A stretch of 64,000 nucleotides of DNA from Chrysemys picta bellii (taxonomy: Eukaryota), in contig NC_088802.1 in NCBI RefSeq assembly GCF_011386835.1, positions 8,680,001 through 8,744,000 on the forward strand. Reading direction: 5' to 3'. The notes under the pieces are model-generated. The model did not search any database. It was given only the letters and a program-made list of their open reading frames with translations, and was not told where the DNA came from. Position 1 is the first letter of the stretch, and the number at the start of each line of letters is the position of its first letter. Of the stretch, positions 45,901-57,600 are shown piece by piece. The translations under genes were made by a program, and so were the position numbers.

Positions 45901-48900
45901 GCGCACTCTGAGTCTACACAGCAACCCCTAGGGCTCCTTCCAGCCCACCCCCAGTTACAGCCCATTCCCTTGTGTAGGGCCCCTTGCAGCCCAAGTCTAG
46001 AGAGCTCTCCTGAGCCCTATGGCTCCTTTCAGCCTAGAGTCTCACCTTCTTCTTCTTGCCACCTTTGGTGATGGGAACAGTCGCTGGAAAGGAAACGAGA
46101 GAAGGACTTTAGGGATCGATGGAACGGAGACACAACCACTCCCTCCATGGGGAGCTAGACCCATAGAAATCTTGGTCCTCCAGCACCTTGGGAGATCTGG
46201 GATGGGAGGGCTTCCTGGTGGGTTGTCATCTTTTAGCTCCCTGCTGACGCATGTGGGGCTGGGCTCTCCTGGCGTAGGGGCTGGAGCCAAGGGGCTAGTG
46301 CAATGGGGCAGGGGCTAGGAAAAGGCAGGCCATGGAGAAGAGAGGCCCGTGCTTCTCATCCCATGGGGCAGGTCTCAGGAGGGATTGGAGAGGGCCCCCC
46401 TCTGGGCTCAGTGGCAGAATGGCGCTGCTTTTTATACCCCAGAGATGGCACCACAGCCGCTGTCTACCTGCCCCCCTGCACCAGGCATTACCCACCACGT
46501 TAACCCCTCACACACCAAAAACAATCACCATATTCCAGGGCGTGGAAGTGTGGCAAGTTGAGCTCCTGCCAGCTGTCCAGATTAATTACTTGGGGGGTAT
46601 GGAACCCAGGAGTCCTGACCTCCAGGTCCCACCCCCACCCTAACAGTTAGCGCTCACTCCCTTACCAGACCTGGGAATGGAACCCAGGAGTCCTGGCCCC
46701 CAGCCTCATCCTGTCTCACCTTCCTCATCCTCATCGCTGCCCGGAGCCGACAGCTTCTTCAGCTTCTCGATCAGCTGGTGCTCTTCCTCATCCTCCTCTG
46801 CCTCCTTCTTCTTCTTGTCTTTCTTCTTTTCTCGTTTCTTTTTCTGTTGTTGAAGCTGGGGTGGGGGAGACAGAGATGAGACGTGGGGGGGGGGGTCATA
46901 TCTCCCTTGCACGCAGCCCCATGAGAATCTTGGGGCGGGGGAGCCCTGGTTAAGCAAGGCATCCCTTTCTAGCAGCATAGTTATTGTAGGTCCTACAATA
47001 ACATCCAGCAGCCCCCCGGGGGAGTTCCTTTAGCTCAGTGGTTCTCAAACTTTTGTACCGGTGACCCCTTTCACATAGCAAGTCTCTGAGTGCGACCCCC
47101 CTTATAAATTAAAAACACGTGTTTAAATATTTAACACCATTATAAATCCTGGATGCAAAGCGGGGTTTGGGGTGGAGGCGGACAGCTCGCGACCTCCCCA
47201 TATAATAACCTAGCGACTCCCCACGTAATAACCTCGTGATCCCCTGAGGGGTCCCGACCCCCAGTTTGAGAACCCCTGCTTTAGCTGCTCACCTGTTGCT
47301 GCTGCTGCTCCTTCTCTTTAATGACAGCCTGCTGCTCGCTGACTTGTTTTTCTTCCACGGCCAACTCTTCAAAGAACTGGGGAGGGCAGCAGGGATAGAT
47401 TAGAGCTCTGCTTCCTACCCCCTCCCACCCCCCAGGAGTCTCCCTGCTCCTAGTGGTGAGGGAAGGGCACTCTAGCTGGTGACCATTCCCGTTTCACTCC
47501 CCCCACCCCCGGCAATGGGAGATTGCACTGTGCTATGGGAGATCCAGCCACCTTCCTTTGCCTGTCCCCTAGCAGTGAGATCTGAGAGACACAGCTACTC
47601 GTCCCCATTTTTAGTATTGACAAACCCCAGCTGAGATCATGGCCAGATGCTGCCCAGACACACAGCGAGAGACAGTCCCTGCCTCAGCTAAGATCAGGGC
47701 CCCGTTGTGCCAAGCGCTGCCCAGACACACAGTGAAAGACAGTCCATGTAACTAGCTATATGGTGGGAGGAGATATTAAGGCACAAAGAGAAGTGATTTA
47801 ACTCAAGTCACACAGCAGGGCGGGTGTAGAACCGAGGTCTCCTGAGTTAAAGCCCAATCCCCTGTCCACTAGGCTCCTGTACCAGAGCTCACACCTCCCC
47901 CAGCATGGCCTGGCTCAGTTCCACTTCTTACCGACTTCTTGGTCTTTTTGTCCTTCTTGCCCTTCTTCACCACTTTGTCTGAAACAAGTCAGGAGAGATT
48001 AATCCAGGCAGGCGGGAGAGAACCCAGGAATCCTAGTTCCCAGCCCCTCCGCTCTCATCCATTAGACCCCACTCCCGACGGTGAGCTGGGAATAGAACCC
48101 AGGAGTCCTGGCTCCCAGACCTCTCTATCCACAGCCACTCCCTCCACTGCACAGGCCCGTCTGGGTCCCACCTGGGGCAGTTCTCGTGGGTGGATGTGTG
48201 GGCACCTCTTGTCCTCCACCCCCACCTTAGTCCAGATCAGCCTTGGCTGAGCCTAGTTCATCCCATTGCTCCCTCCTTCTGAACCTGGTTCACTTCAAAA
48301 GTTTTTTTCCCTCTTATTTAATTGGCCTCTCAGAGTTGGTAAGACAACTCCCACCTTTCCATGCTCTCTGTATGTGTGTGTGTGTGTATATATATGTTCC
48401 GAAGTTTCTTCTATGCATCCGAAGAAGTGGGCTGTAGCCCACGAAAGCTTATGCTCAAATAAATTTGTTAGTCTCCAAGGTGCCACAAGTACTCCTGTTC
48501 TTTTTGCGGATACAGACAAACATGGCTGCTACTCTGAAACCAATGATTCACCCCAGTGTCTCACCTGGTTCAGACCCAACCCCCCTCCCCCCAAATAATC
48601 CAGCTTCGGTTCCAGCTCAGCTTCTCCCCATCTAGCCCTGCCCCAGGACTCCTCCTCCCGCCAGTCTCTTCCCCATTAACCTCCTTTCCACTCCCCCCCC
48701 CTTCCCTCCAGGGTCTCTTCCCCCACATCTCATCCCCCACTTTAGCCAGCTTAGGGTCCAGCCCCCTCTCCCCCTGCTTTGGCCCAATTCAGTCCCTCAG
48801 TTTTTATGCCACTCCAGCCCAGCCCTCCTTGGCCAGGTTCTAACCCCCCCCCCAGTCCCATCCAGTACTGTCCCGTCCCCCCCAGACCACTCCTACCCAG

Positions 48901-49376
48901 TACTTCCGCCCCCGGCACTCCCCCCACCCCCCAACCCAGTCCCCCCCGGTTCTCGGTCATCCCCCCACCCCCCCGATTCTCTGTGCCCCTCCCCCAGCCC
49001 GGTCCAACCACCTCCCGCCCCAATCCCACCCGGCCCTGTGTACCCCCCATGGACCAGTCCCCCCCCGGTTCTCTGCCCCCCCCTGGTTCTCTGCCCCCGG
49101 TTCTCAGTCTCCCTCCGCCTCCGGTCCAACCACCCCCTGCCCCAATCTCCCCCGTTCTCTGCCCCCACCCCAGGTTGTCTGTTCCTCCCTTCTCCCCCCG
49201 GCCCGGTCTGGTCCGGTCCAACCATCCCGCGCCCCAATCCCACCCGGCCCTGTGTATCCCCCCACGGCCCGGCCCAGGCCGGCCTGCTCACCTGCGGCCT
49301 CCCCAACCTTCTGCTCCCCATCCCCGATCCACTCTTCCTGCGGCGGCCGCGGCGGCTGCTTCCCCCCCTTCGGCAT
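33995..49376 (-). CDS. ABCF1: ATP-binding cassette subfamily F member 1 (ABC50), about 913 aa
   Basis: 28 exons: 49376-49292, 47978-47932, 47376-47293, 46855-46720, 46083-46046, 45709-45596, 45088-45014, 44563-44498, 44231-44148, 43637-43566, 43288-43190, 42773-42678, 42254-42132, 41381-41281, 41134-41049, 40840-40701, 40449-40301, 39973-39890, 39150-39026, 38260-38148, 37705-37534, 37064-36990, 36424-36354, 36095-36063, 35509-35341, 34990-34926, 34703-34631, 34161-33995 (sum 2742 nt). Two ABC domains: GPNGKGKT / FSGGWRMR / LDEPTNHLD and GPNGVGKST / LSGGQKAR / LDEPTNNLD. Exons 8-10 rest only on splice sites, phase and composition. Confidence 0.96.
34385..34612. repeat. Roughly 50-nt tandem repeat (ACCAATGGGCCCATCCAGCCCGGAATTCCC), CR1-3'UTR-like
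   Basis: Five degenerate copies. Related copies at 43700-43890 and single copies near 1245, 37735 and 61875. Confidence 0.7.
35615..35985. repeat. Roughly 65-nt GC-rich minisatellite, 6 copies
   Basis: GCTATCCCAGCCCTGGG anchors at 35631, 35693, 35735, 35800, 35865 and 35932. Confidence 0.92.
36550..36970. repeat. Degenerate TTGTTATTGTAGGGTCTCTC repeat, about 7 copies
   Basis: Recurrent motif in ABCF1 intron 22 at spacings of about 40-100 nt. Confidence 0.7.
37238..37478 (-). mobile_element. AmnSINE1-like fragment (Deu domain and 3' part)
   Basis: CTGAAATGCAGCCACCTCTGGGGTGG...CAACAGTTTGGGGCAGGAAGTGAAG...TTTGGCCAGGACA...CAGCGCCCCCTAGCGTCATGCTGGGGCATTG follows the reverse of the recalled AmnSINE1 consensus. 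The GCAGCCACCTCTGGGG core recurs near 3320, 3410, 12710, 22455, 36190, 43360 and 63160. Confidence 0.65.
47036..47278. mobile_element. Young hAT (Charlie-like) MITE
   Basis: TIRs CAGTGGTTCTCAAAC / GTTTGAGAACCCCTG and a perfect 8-bp TSD CTTTAGCT at 47028-47035 and 47279-47286. Confidence 0.9.
48310..48540 (+). mobile_element. Penelope-like element terminal fragment with a hammerhead-like motif
   Basis: AATTGGCCTCTCAGAGTTGG...GCATCCGAAGAAGTGGGCTGTAGCCCACGAAAGCTTATGCTCAAATAAATTTGTTAGTCTC...GGCTGCTACTCTGAAAC matches the abundant turtle Penelope-type repeat (recalled). Confidence 0.7.
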
Positions 49377-49560
49377 GGCCGGTCACCGCGCCCAGCGCTC
49401 ACATGCAGTCCCGGCCAGCAGCTGGGAAACCTCACCACTGCGCCTGCGCGGGGCGGCCCAGCCTGACCATCGAGTGCCGGAAGCGCCCAGCCCAGAGTGG
49501 CTTCCGCGGCACCATAGAGAGCCGCGGAGCAGTAGAGACGCACTGTTGTGTGGCTAGATA
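49377..49560 (-). promoter_or_regulatory. ABCF1 proximal CpG promoter
   Basis: CpG-rich, with an NRF1-like GCGCAGGCGCA (minus strand, near 49439-49449), an ETS CCGGAAG near 49478 and a GC box. Confidence 0.6.
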
Positions 49561-50929
49561 AGCCCCTTAACACCAATGATGTGGTTCAGTCCTCTATGGA
49601 AGTGGGGGCTGCTGATTGGGGGCAGGGAGTCCCCCAAGCCAGGCCCAGCCTAGGGGTCCCTCCCTGTCCTGCCAAACACAAGGGGATGCTCATAGGGCAG
49701 GTGGCACCCCAAGGCCCCATCGCACAACTGTCGCACCAAAGCCAACGCCACCATGTTACCCCCATCTGTTCCCCGCACTGGGAGCTGGGAGCCAGGACTC
49801 CTGGGTTCTGTCCCCAGCTCTGGGAGGTGGGGTGGGGGGCTGGGAGCCAGGCTCCTGTCCTTGCAGTGCTGTCTGCAGGTGCTAGGCCGGGCCAGGTGAT
49901 TTAGGGGGAGGAACCACGAAAGCGCAGCCGGGGAGAAAGCACTAGGGGGCAACAGGGACAGGAGTGAGGGTTAAAGGTTGAACATCAGGGATCTGGAGGA
50001 GGGATGCCAGGCAGAGAACCGCCGACAATGCCCGCCGCTCCTTAAAGGCGTCTAAAGAGACAGTGGATGCTGCCCAGAGGAACTCCATCCCAGGGAGGCC
50101 ACATGCCCAGGCAGGTCTCTTTTTAAAAAGTTCGTCCCTCATCCAGTATGGGGACTGCGGTGTCAGCTGGGGGAATGTGATTCCACCCCCTCTGGCTCTT
50201 AAAGAGCACGCCACCCTCCCCACATGTGGCGTGACCTCACAGGCACTGTCATTCCAGCAGGAATGGGACAGCATGCTCCTAAAAATGGTCCATTCTGTCA
50301 CCCAGTGTGGCATGACCTCGCATGTGCCATCATGCTGGCGGGGCTGGGATGATCCTGGGAATAGAATCCATGAATCCTGGTCAAACATATGAAGTATCCT
50401 ACCCTCTCTTCACAAAACTAACTGGTTGAAACATGAGACAAGGTAACATATAGTATTGGACCAACTTCTGTTGGTGAAAAATGGTCTGATTTGGACATTA
50501 AATGTTCCCAGAGCCCCAAAGAAACTGATGTGCTATCCAGCTGCCTCAGAATCAGGGTAGACAAATCTACTTTGGTTATAGTTATCTATCAATTAACAAG
50601 AGAAAAACGTATACATAATGTAAAGTTTGACATGTCCAGTGGGTTCGGAGGGGGTGGCGAGGGGCTGGGAATCAGGACTCCTGGGTTTTGTCCCAGTTCT
50701 GGGAGGTCAGTGAGGTTTAGTGTGTTAGAGCACAGAGACTAGGAGTCAGGTGCCAGGACTCCTGGGTTCCATCTCTAATCCACTCTCCCTCCTGTTCTCT
50801 TATCTTGAGTAGTTCAGCCCAGTTGCTCCCATACACCTAGACTGAAAGATTTATCATTGTCTCCGTGTTTCCTCCTCCTGAGCCTAAATGGGAAGGGATG
50901 GGATAGTTGAAATCCCTCCCCCTTTCAAA

Positions 50930-51570
50930 ATGGTTCAACCTAGTCCTAGCACACCCACCCCCAGCAACAGAATGGTTCATCCACATCTCTGCCCTGTAAA
51001 TAATTCCGCCCACTGCACCCACCTTTAACAAAAATAGTAGAGACCAGTGTTTCCCCTCTAATGGTACAACCCAGTCTCACTGCCCCCAGATCTGAATGGT
51101 TTAGCCCAGACTCCTGCCACACTGATATCCCCCCAGCTAAATGGTTTATCCCAGACTAGTCTGTTCTTAATAGTTCCTCTCCCTTCTCATTCTGCCTCCC
51201 CATATCTTTAAATGGTTTATTCTGCCTCCCTGCTCTATTGGGATCTATATGGTTTCTTCTCCCCCCACCATTCAGTGGTTTCTCCCAGTTGCCGAGTGGG
51301 TTATTCCTTCCCTCAGCGGTTGCTCCCAAATTTCACACCCACCCACCCACCCACACACACGGCTCTCGGTGGTTTATTCTGTCCCACGCTCCAAGTGGTT
51401 TATTCCCCCCTTCCTCAGTGGTTTCTCCAAGTTTCCTCTCCCCCCCGTCTCAGTGGTTTATTCCTCCTTCCGCCATGGTTTCTCCCAGATTTCTCCCGCC
51501 CGGGTTCTCAGTGGTTTCTTCCAGTCACAGTGGTTTGCTCCGCCCCCCTCCCCCTCGGGCCTGCAGAGTG
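50930..51570. repeat. Degenerate array of (A/G)TGGTTT cores followed by pyrimidine tracts, upstream of GNL1
   Basis: About 18 copies by eye, such as CAGTGGTTTCTCC and AAGTGGTTTATTCC, every 25-60 nt. Confidence 0.7.
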
Positions 51571-51620
51571 GTTCTTCCCGCTTCCCTCCCGGTGCTGCGG
51601 GACGGCGGCCGGGCCGGGAC

Positions 51621-54600
51621 ATGCCCCGCAAGAGGCCGTTTAGCGCCAAGCAGAAGAAGAAGCAGCTGCAGGACAAGAGGGAGCGGAAACGGGGTGAGGA
51701 GGGGGCCACGGCCACCAACATCGGGGCACCGACCCCTCCCCCCGCCAACATCTGGGCACCGACCCCTCCTCCCCCCCTCCCCCAACATCTGGGCACCGAC
51801 CTCCCTGCCCCCACCCATATCTGGGCACTGACCTTCACAAGCATCTGGGCACCAACCCCCTCCCTTACTGCCACTAACACCTGGGCACCGCCCCCCTCCC
51901 CCACCACCAGCAACATCTGGGCATTGACCTTCCCTCTCCCCCCACTAACATCTGGGCACTAAACCCCTTCCCAATATTTGGAGACTGACCCATTGCCCCC
52001 CCCCCCGTTCCCAACAGCTGGGGAGTGAACATTTTCCTTACAAAAAATACATCTCCCGACCCCAATATTGAGGGAACCCCCCCCCCCTCATCCCAAAACA
52101 TCTGGGCACTGACCTTTCCTTCTCCCCACCCCAACATCTGGGGGCTGACTCAATCCTGGCACTTGAAATTGCCTAGGGCCCCTGGAGCATGGTGGGGGTG
52201 GGGGATTTAATGTGGGGGAGTTAGGCAGACGAGAGGCCGTGGAGTATCCCAGCGCCCTGTAGAAATTTAGACAACCTCCCTGGGCACAAAGGCCCTCTTT
52301 CCGAGCAAAACAATTGGGTGCTCTCCCCCAGTGCTGCGCTGTGGCAATCAGGCACCAATCTAGCAAGCCCCCAGTTTAGCTTAACATCTGGGGGTAGCCA
52401 GTCCTGGAGTTGCAAGCCCTGCCCTGGGCATGTCCCATTTCCCCCCTCCCCCGCATAAGTCTGACTCTGGGCTAAGTCCCCTGGAGAGAGAGCGCATGCA
52501 GCCTGGTGCCTGTTCTTAAAGCATTGAAGACAGTAAACAAGGGAAATTGCTAGGCAAAAACTCAGCGAGAGCTATAAAATAGAGAACAGGCTATGTTAAA
52601 GTGGTATCAACTGGGGCTGGATCAGAGCTGGCACCCCTAGAGGGGAAAGGCCCTATATCCCCAAACTGAGATGCAACATTGGACTTTGAGCACCTAGACA
52701 ATAAACCAAGGCAATTCCCAGGCAAAACCGAGCTGTGTTAAAGCCCTGTTACCCAGAATTCAGCTGGCAGCCGGTCAAGAGCACAATGTGCAGGACTCTC
52801 TCATCTGTGCCTTGCCAAGGAGCTTGCCTCTGGCATGCGGCGCCAGCCCTGGCACCCTCCGAGGTCTTCACAGGGGGGCCATGGATCAGTGTGGCCAGGG
52901 CATCTGTTCAGAAGGGCAGCTGTGGTTGCCTAAGGTATTTCCAGCCGCTGTTGCCATTTGAGTGTTGGGTGCAGTGCTATGGGGCACTGTGCTGCAGGGA
53001 GCGGGATGGGAGCTCAGTAGGGGCGCTCTCCCGTTGCAGTCAGTGTGACCCCAATATGGCACATGGGAGTGCTGTGCTGCAGGGAGTGGTACAGGGGGCC
53101 CCCACACTGTGCCATGCCATGTGCTTGCCTCTGACCCAGGGCTGGGTGGACGGTGGTGCCCTGTGCTAGGGAGTCCTGACTGTTGAGGCTGAGGTAGGCT
53201 GCAAGCCAGCGTTCCTCGGCCCTGCCTCACAAACCGTCTGGGAGCGGCTGATAAGGAGCCCCACCCTGGCCACACTAATCTCCTCCCCCAACTTTCGTTC
53301 GGCCCCTGGGTGACCCTCTGCTCTGCTGCTGACATCCACTCAAGGCGCCTCAAAAATTCCTGCCTGCGGCGATCCTTCGCTCAACTCCAGCGCCTGCCCA
53401 GAGTCACACTGGTAGAGCCGAGGATAGAACCCAGGAGTCCGGGCTCCCAGCCCCCACCCTGCTCTAACCCACTAGACGCTCCTCCCATTTCATGAGGAAT
53501 GATGCCATCCCCTCTGCAGTCTCTGAGGGGGATGGAGTCTTGCGTGGGAGGGAGACTGGATCCAGCCCCCAACTCTGTTGCCGCAGACACGCGATACGCT
53601 GCAAGCGTCCCCGGCTCTGAGCAGCCCTGACGCAGCGTCATGGGCCCTGCAGGGCTGCATTGCAGAGCCTGGGTCTGACCTTGGGGCCTTGATCTGTGGA
53701 GGTGCATTATGCTGCCTTGGGCCGGCGCGCAGCCAGCGCCTCCTAGTGGGGACAGGTCCCTGACTCTGCCCTCTCTGTGCCCCAGGTCTGCCTGATGGCG
53801 TGAGGTCGAGCTCCAACAGCCGGAGTGGCAGCCATGAGCGGCGGGAGGACCACACAGACACGTCGGACAGCGAGTCCCTGTCCCTGCAGGTCCGGAAACT
53901 CAACCAGCAGCCAGCAGTCCGCAGGCTGGGGGACCGCAGCTATGACCCCAACAGGTAATGAGGGGCGGTGATCGGGGGGAAACTGAGGCATGGAGCCGGT
54001 CACACAGAGCATATGTGGCAGAATCAGGTGTAGAATCCAAGGGTCCTGATTCCCAGCTCCTTTGCTCTAACCACTAGATTCTGCTCCCTTAGACCCCATT
54101 CCCCTCCCAGAGCTGGGAATAGAACCCAGGAGTCCTGGCTCCCCCACGCCCCCTTGCTCTGTCACCCCTGTTGATAGCTGCAGTGGGATGAATTTAGGCC
54201 AACCTGCCGCTCCGGGGTTGGCTCTGAGGTCTGTCCCCTCCTGGGCAGGTCTAGCCTTGCTGCTGGACGGGGGGTTATAGTGGAGGGGGAGAGCGGTTTA
54301 CCTCGGTGGATCCGGCTGTACCGAAGGGCCCTATGGCCTGTGAGGCCCTATGCAACGAGTCCAGCCATGGCAGATCAGCTGGGGAGAGGTGGCTGCGTCG
54401 GGGGTCTCCCTGCTGGGTCGGGGAGAGCTCCCCCCAACACACACAGCGCCCCTGTTCATGGGCCTCAGCCCTGCCCCTGCAGGGATCTGCCCCTAGGGGA
54501 CAGGGAGGAGCTGGGACTCTGTGGCCGGTTCAGCCCTCAGTTTCCCGGATGAGGCTGCCAGCATGGGGGCTGGTCAGTGCTGGGTGTAGCGTGGGGACAG

Positions 54601-57600
54601 GGCGCCTGCACTGCGGGTGGCTGGGCTGAGACCCCACAACGGGTTACACTCAGACAGGAATGATCAGATCGGAGCTGGCGCCCCCTAGAGGGGAAAGGTC
54701 CCATGTCTCATTCTCCCCTGAGCCACCAGTCCCCCTACACTGGGATCGGATGGGAGCTGGCGCCCCATAGAGGGGAAAGGCCCCATGTGCCATTCTCCAC
54801 CCCCATGACCCAGCCAGTCTCCCCTGGCTAGCGCTAGATCAAGCCAGTGAGACCAACTGTCTGAGACACCTCTCATCAGATCTGAAGTTAAGCAGGGTCA
54901 GTTTGGGTCCGGATGCAGGTGGGAGACCTGGATTGGCATCTTGGCAGCGCTGGGAGCCCCCATTGGGGAGGAGAACCGGGACAATTAGGATCTCTGCCCC
55001 TGGGTCTCCCAGCTGGCCTGATGCTCTGTAACTTCCCCCCCGCTGCCAGGTACCGGCTTCACTTTGAGCGCGAGAGCCGGGAGGAGCTGGAGCGGCGCAA
55101 GAAGGTGGCTCAGGAGAAGATCCTGGAGCCCGTCCCGGAGAGCGAGAAGGAGCTGGACATACAGGACGTCTACAGATCCGGCTCCGGTGAGCAAGGGGCT
55201 GCAGTGGGGAGGGACATCGCCTGGAGGGGCCAGGACCCTCCTGAATTTTTCCCCTCCCTCTTGGCTCCGTCTGTGCAAACATCCTATGGCGGGGAGTTCC
55301 CCAGGCTGCCCTCCTCCTGCTGACGCCTTGCTTTCTGAGGAACTTGGATCTGGCTGACGTGTGGGCACAACGGGTCATGGCAGTGGTGGGAATATTGGTT
55401 GAGGACCATGTATGGGTGATGGAATCCTGGTTCCCGGGGGCCGGCTCGCATTCACTGGGGTTGCTGGAGGGCCCTTTCGCAGCTTCTCAAGATTGGGATC
55501 CCTCCGTACTGACCGCTTCTCTCCCCCGCCCCACCCTTCCAGTGCTGGATTTCCCCAAGCGCCCCCCCTGGAGCTACCAGATGAGCAAGGAGCAGCTGCT
55601 GGTGCGGGAGGAGAAGTGTTTCCGGGACTATCTGGAGGGAATCTACAGCACCTACCAGCCCAGCCAGCTAAGCTACTTCGAGCATAACCTGGAGGTGAGC
55701 GGGGACGTAGGGCCTTTCCCCTCCGGGGGATGCTGGCACCGATCCAGCCCTAGGGCAGGGTGTAGCGTGGGGACAGGGCGGGGGACTGGCTGGCTCGGGG
55801 GCACGGGGAATGGGACATGGGGCCTATCCCCTCTAGGGGGCCCCAGCTCTGATCCAGCCCCAGGGTAAGGGGATTGGCTGACTCGGGGGCTTTCCCCTCT
55901 CCGCTTGCCTTGCAGACCTGGCGTCAGCTGTGGCGGGTGCTGGAGATGTCAGACATCATCCTGCTGATCACAGACGTCCGTCATCCGGTAAGGGCCCCTC
56001 CCCTGCCTGGGATCCCAGGGCAAGGGGGCAGGGACAGCTTGTGGTGGGGGTGGGGGGTTGAAGAGCCTCACTCCCAGCCGCTGGGGTCCTGCTGTGGGGG
56101 TAGTTCAGGAGCCCTGTCCACAGGCAGCCCCCACAGGACACAGGAGATTGGAGCAATTGCCCCAGGGGCTCTTGGGGGTCCCATACAAATTGTGGGGGGA
56201 GCCCTGAGGTCTCCCTTCTCTCTTGGCATCTGGATGTGACCCAGTGGGTCATTGGGTCCCTTCCTGTGTCCCAGCGTTACAGGGTATCAAACCAGGATAC
56301 CGCTCCCTTCCCCACGTCTGTAAAGTCCCTGCGTGATCTCTGTTTCCCTCCCTCAACTGCCAGCGTCCTGGCCTAAAGCTGCTGCCGTCCCAGCTCCTGA
56401 AAGTAACGGGATTGAAGGGGTCAGCATGGATGGGGCGGTGACCACTGCTGACCACTACAACCTCCCAGAGCTGGTCACAGAACCCAGGAGTCCTGGTTCC
56501 CATCTCCTCTCCCGCCTCCCCTGGCTCTAACCCACTACACACCACTCCCCTCCCAGAGCTGGGGACAGAATCCAGGAGTCCTGGCTCCTGCCCTCCCCCC
56601 CCCCCCACTCTAACCACTAGACCCCACTCCCCTCCCAGAGCTGGGGATAAAACCCAGGAGTCCTGACTCCCAGCCCTGCCTCTCTAACCCACTGGAGCCC
56701 ACTCCCTTGGCTCAGCCGTCCCTGTCTCCGCCCCCAGGTCATTAACTTCTCCCCTGCGCTGTACGACTTTGTGACCAAAGAGATGAGGAAGAACCTGATT
56801 CTGGTGCTGAACAAGATCGACCTGGCGCCTCCGGCGCTGGTTGTGGCCTGGAAGCACTACTTCCAGACCCGCTTCCCCCAGGTGCACGTCGTCTGCTTCA
56901 CCTCCTACCCCCAGCAAAGCCAGGATCCCAGCACAGGTAACGCCTCCGCTCAGGGGCGCCGGCCCCAGCGCGGGGGAGTGGCTGTCTCGGGATGGGATAC
57001 GGGGCCGTTACCCGCTAGGAGACGCCAGGTCTGATCCAGCCCCAGGGCGGGGGACTGGCTGGCTCAGGGAATGGGATATGGGGCCGTTCTCCGCTAGGGG
57101 GTGCCAGGTCTGATCCAGCCCCAGGGCTGGGGTCTGGCTGATTCAGGGTTTGGGGAATGGGACTCTGGGCCTTCCCCCTGTAGGGGGCGCCGGCTCTGAT
57201 CTGGCCGCAGATGAATTAGTGCCTGGATATTGGGATGTGACATTGGAAAACTTTAATACTGAGCTGGGAAATAGAACCCAGGAGTCCTGTCTCCCAGCCC
57301 CCCTGCTTTAACCACTAGACCCCACTCCCCTCCCCCGTCAGGGATAGAACCCAGGAGTCCTGGCCCCTAGTCTAACCTCAGGCTTCTCCCTGTTCGTGTG
57401 TCAGTGTTTAAGAAGCGGCGGAAGCGGAGGAAGGGCAGGAGCACGGCCATGGGACCAGAGCAGCTGCTCCATGCTTGCGAGACCATCACTGCTGGGAAAG
57501 GTGAGGACCATTTATAACATTCCCCTTAGGGTCATTACTGTCTTATCCCCTACCCTGCTCCACAGCTTCTCCTGGTGCCACATGGGGGTCAGCACTGCAA

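Noticed and set aside
48751-49576. Long overlapping ORFs (260, 227, 156 aa) near ABCF1 exon 1, considered as a PRR3-like proline-rich gene
   Set aside because: They are translations of C-rich/G-rich low-complexity DNA with few stop codons, with no zinc finger or recognisable domain.
51212-51962. 237-aa ORF extending GNL1 upstream and downstream of exon 1
   Set aside because: Only 51621-51693 matches GNL1; the rest is read-through into two repeat arrays.
51715-52145. CRISPR-like repeat-spacer pattern
   Set aside because: Vertebrate DNA, degenerate repeats, low-complexity C-run spacers of uneven length, and no cas genes.
54868-54928. 5S rRNA gene
   Set aside because: Partial and degenerate; it fits a 5S-derived SINE head.
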